Origin: a virus
Taxonomy: Duplodnaviria > Caudoviricetes
IMG/VR virus record: IMGVR_UViG_2595698868_000001
Span: 192,001 to 256,000 of that record
DNA length: 64,000 bases
Reading direction: 5' to 3' (one strand)
Notes under the pieces: generated by a model
Databases searched by the model: none
What the model saw: only the letters and a program-made list of their open reading frames with translations
What the model was told of the DNA's origin: nothing
Part shown: one piece after another, positions 62,085 to 64,000 of the stretch
Numbering within the stretch: position 1 is the first letter of the stretch
Layout: the number at the start of each line of letters is the position of its first letter
Program-made: the position numbers and the translations under genes

Positions 62085-63181
62085 TGATCATCTACCCCAT
62101 CCTCAACCGCATCAAGACCGGCGAAGTAACCGCTGAAGAAGCGCGCGCTGGACTGCGCCAGTTGCTGGATGAACAAGGCCTAAAGGTCTACACGCACGTC
62201 TTTTCCGCCCTGCGCGTTTGGACGGTCAAGGTGCTGACCAGCGGTCGAACCGACGCCACCGAACTCAACAGGTGGTTCAGACTCCTGCGCGGCGTTTCGG
62301 TCACGATGGCGCGGCGCGAACCTGACTGCCACGACAGCGTCGCCGTCGACGTGCTCGCCGAAGTCCTCTTCGACTACCTGTCCAAGCTGATGCGGGACGC
62401 CTTCGACGCGGCCGATTCCTTCCATTACCAATATCTCGTCCATCGACGCCTCGGGCGCTTCATGGTGAAGCCGGGTAATCCGATCGATTTCACGCGCATG
62501 CAGGTTCCGGGCGAGATGTCCTGGTCCGTCAAGGGCGATCAGAGCATTGAGTTCATCCATGTCCGCCGTCCGGAGACCGAGGACAAGGGTCGCTTCGCGA
62601 TCTCCAGGGAATGGTTCGAGCGTAAGGTCGCCCTGGAAGGCGACACCGAGATCGGCGCCGGGTTCGACATGATCCACATGCTGCAAGAGGACGACGTGAC
62701 TCAAGTCTCCCTGATCCAGACGCTGCGCGACCTGCATGACGCCTTCGCGCCCTGGGCAGCCCAGACCGTGAAGCAAGAACAGGCGATCGCTGCGGCCAAG
62801 GCGTTGCTGGATCGGTACGACCTCGACGCCTATGCGACCGAAAAGGATATCTCGTCCGAGAGCCGCGAGATCATCACCGACATCTTCGGGTCGGCCGTGC
62901 TGGTTTCGGATCGGCCGATCGTCTTCACCCTGGAAGAAGTCGACACCATCCTGAAGGTCCAGCGCGCCCTTTTGGGTAAGCCGTCCTTCGAGGACGCGTT
63001 GATTGAGTCGATCCGCGAGTTCGCCGATCAGGTCTTGAGCGCCGGGCAGGACTGCTGCATCGATCCGGATGCCGGCCCGGACGCGACAACCACGGTGCGG
63101 TTCACCGGCGAGGAAGGGTGTCGGATGGGGGACGCGCTGCATCGGATGGTTAACGCGGTGGCGCCGGTGGACTCCCAATGA
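62084..63181 (+). CDS. hypothetical protein
   Basis: TGATG coupling; 365 aa with strong codon bias. Confidence 0.8.
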   Translation: MIIYPILNRIKTGEVTAEEARAGLRQLLDEQGLKVYTHVFSALRVWTVKVLTSGRTDATELNRWFRLLRGVSVTMARREPDCHDSVAVDVLAEVLFDYLSKLMRDAFDAADSFHYQYLVHRRLGRFMVKPGNPIDFTRMQVPGEMSWSVKGDQSIEFIHVRRPETEDKGRFAISREWFERKVALEGDTEIGAGFDMIHMLQEDDVTQVSLIQTLRDLHDAFAPWAAQTVKQEQAIAAAKALLDRYDLDAYATEKDISSESREIITDIFGSAVLVSDRPIVFTLEEVDTILKVQRALLGKPSFEDALIESIREFADQVLSAGQDCCIDPDAGPDATTTVRFTGEEGCRMGDALHRMVNAVAPVDSQ

Positions 63182-63561
63182 AGCGGCCCGGCCTCCCGCG
63201 CATCCGCTCCGGCAATGCCACGCCTGAAGAGGCCGGGCTGGAGATCATCGAACATCTCCAGTTGGGCCGTCCTGGGCATCTCTTCCTCTACGGAGCGCTG
63301 CGCGAGCAGACCATCCGCATTATCCGGGGACAAGTCGCCTACGGTGAATCCTGGGGCTGGCGTCAGATCATGCGCGCGGTCCGTGATCAGTTTCAGCGCC
63401 GTGGTTCTGATTATGCCGGCCATATGGACGCCCTGCACGATTTGGTCGATTGGTCGATCCGGGAGCGTGAGCAATTGGATCGTTCCGGCCGTCTCGATCC
63501 CCTCGGCCGACCGGAGGTCCCGCCGGCGGCAGCCGGTCACGAGGCGCGGAGCGGCGAGTGA
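63178..63561 (+). CDS. hypothetical protein; C-terminus encoded by a repeat element
   Basis: ATGA overlap; ends PEVPPAAAGHEARSGE. Confidence 0.7.
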   Translation: MKRPGLPRIRSGNATPEEAGLEIIEHLQLGRPGHLFLYGALREQTIRIIRGQVAYGESWGWRQIMRAVRDQFQRRGSDYAGHMDALHDLVDWSIREREQLDRSGRLDPLGRPEVPPAAAGHEARSGE

Positions 63562-63566
63562 TGGGA
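63509..63566. repeat. REP-like palindromic repeat, copy 3
   Basis: Matches 18796-18852 and 31280-31333. Confidence 0.85.
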
Positions 63567-63788
63567 CAGTTCAAAGGCATCTGGAATGGATTGGTCATCA
63601 CGGTCGGACTGACCGCGATCGGCTGCATCCTGGCCCGCGTCATCGTGGACCCTTACGTCCGCTGGCTCGAACCGATCATCGCTGAATACGGCCCGGAAGT
63701 GGCCCTGCTAATTACCCTGGTGATCTCGGGCGCAGCACTGATCTTCCTCCTGATCGTCACCCACCTATTTGGACGGAAACGCACATGA
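63561..63788 (+). CDS. small membrane protein
   Basis: Two TM segments; start supplied by the repeat (GTGATG). Confidence 0.65.
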   Translation: MGQFKGIWNGLVITVGLTAIGCILARVIVDPYVRWLEPIIAEYGPEVALLITLVISGAALIFLLIVTHLFGRKRT

Positions 63789-64000
63789 CCAAAGAGACCC
63801 GCGTCGGCTTCATGTGCATGACCGACTTCGATGACGAGCTAGAGAACGCCGCCGGCGGCAACAAGGTCTATCCAAGCATGGAAGACCTGAAGAGCAATGC
63901 GTCGTGCTGGGACACCTGCGGCGTGGTCCGGGTGACGGTCACGAAGGAAGAGGTCGTCGTGCCTCAGAACCTGTTCCCGCGTCGAGCTTTTGAAGAAGGC
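63785..64000 (+). CDS. hypothetical protein (3'-partial)
   Basis: ATGA overlap; GFMCMTDFDDEL..A.GGNKVYPS.EDL...C...CG. Confidence 0.7.
   Translation, partial: MTKETRVGFMCMTDFDDELENAAGGNKVYPSMEDLKSNASCWDTCGVVRVTVTKEEVVVPQNLFPRRAFEEG

Overview
This GC-rich 64 kb segment looks like the accessory/early region of a large tailed phage, probably infecting an alphaproteobacterium such as Caulobacter or Brevundimonas. That is an inference from the XRE-HTH style, a PopZ-like motif, and about 130 short, tightly coupled ORFs with no recognisable structural or replication genes. Most genes are on the + strand; a mainly - strand block spans about 52.1-61.1 kb. Recognisable products include an RNA-handling set: CCA-adding enzyme, Thg1-like 3'-5' polymerase, Pth2, RlmN-like radical SAM, a HAD phosphatase broken by an in-frame TAG, and tRNA-Arg(UCU). 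Also recognisable are a HAD+PRTase pair, an NT5C-like nucleotidase, HNH, DUF262/ParB-like, ATP-grasp, methyltransferases, a 2OG-Fe(II) oxygenase and a NadE-like protein. Two repeated promoter classes are visible. The most striking unexplained elements are: (1) two tandem tRNA-shaped RNAs (276 and 249 nt) whose anticodon loop holds unrelated 200- and 172-nt structured inserts joined through a shared junction; (2) a helical protein gene followed by a ~260-nt structured RNA carrying six UUG triplets at exact 7-nt spacing; (3) a small protein resembling the PopZ client-binding helix; (4) a 3-copy REP-like palindromic element that supplies gene ends; (5) promoters built into RBS-sequestering hairpins. 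All family calls are from motif recognition by eye; no searches were run.
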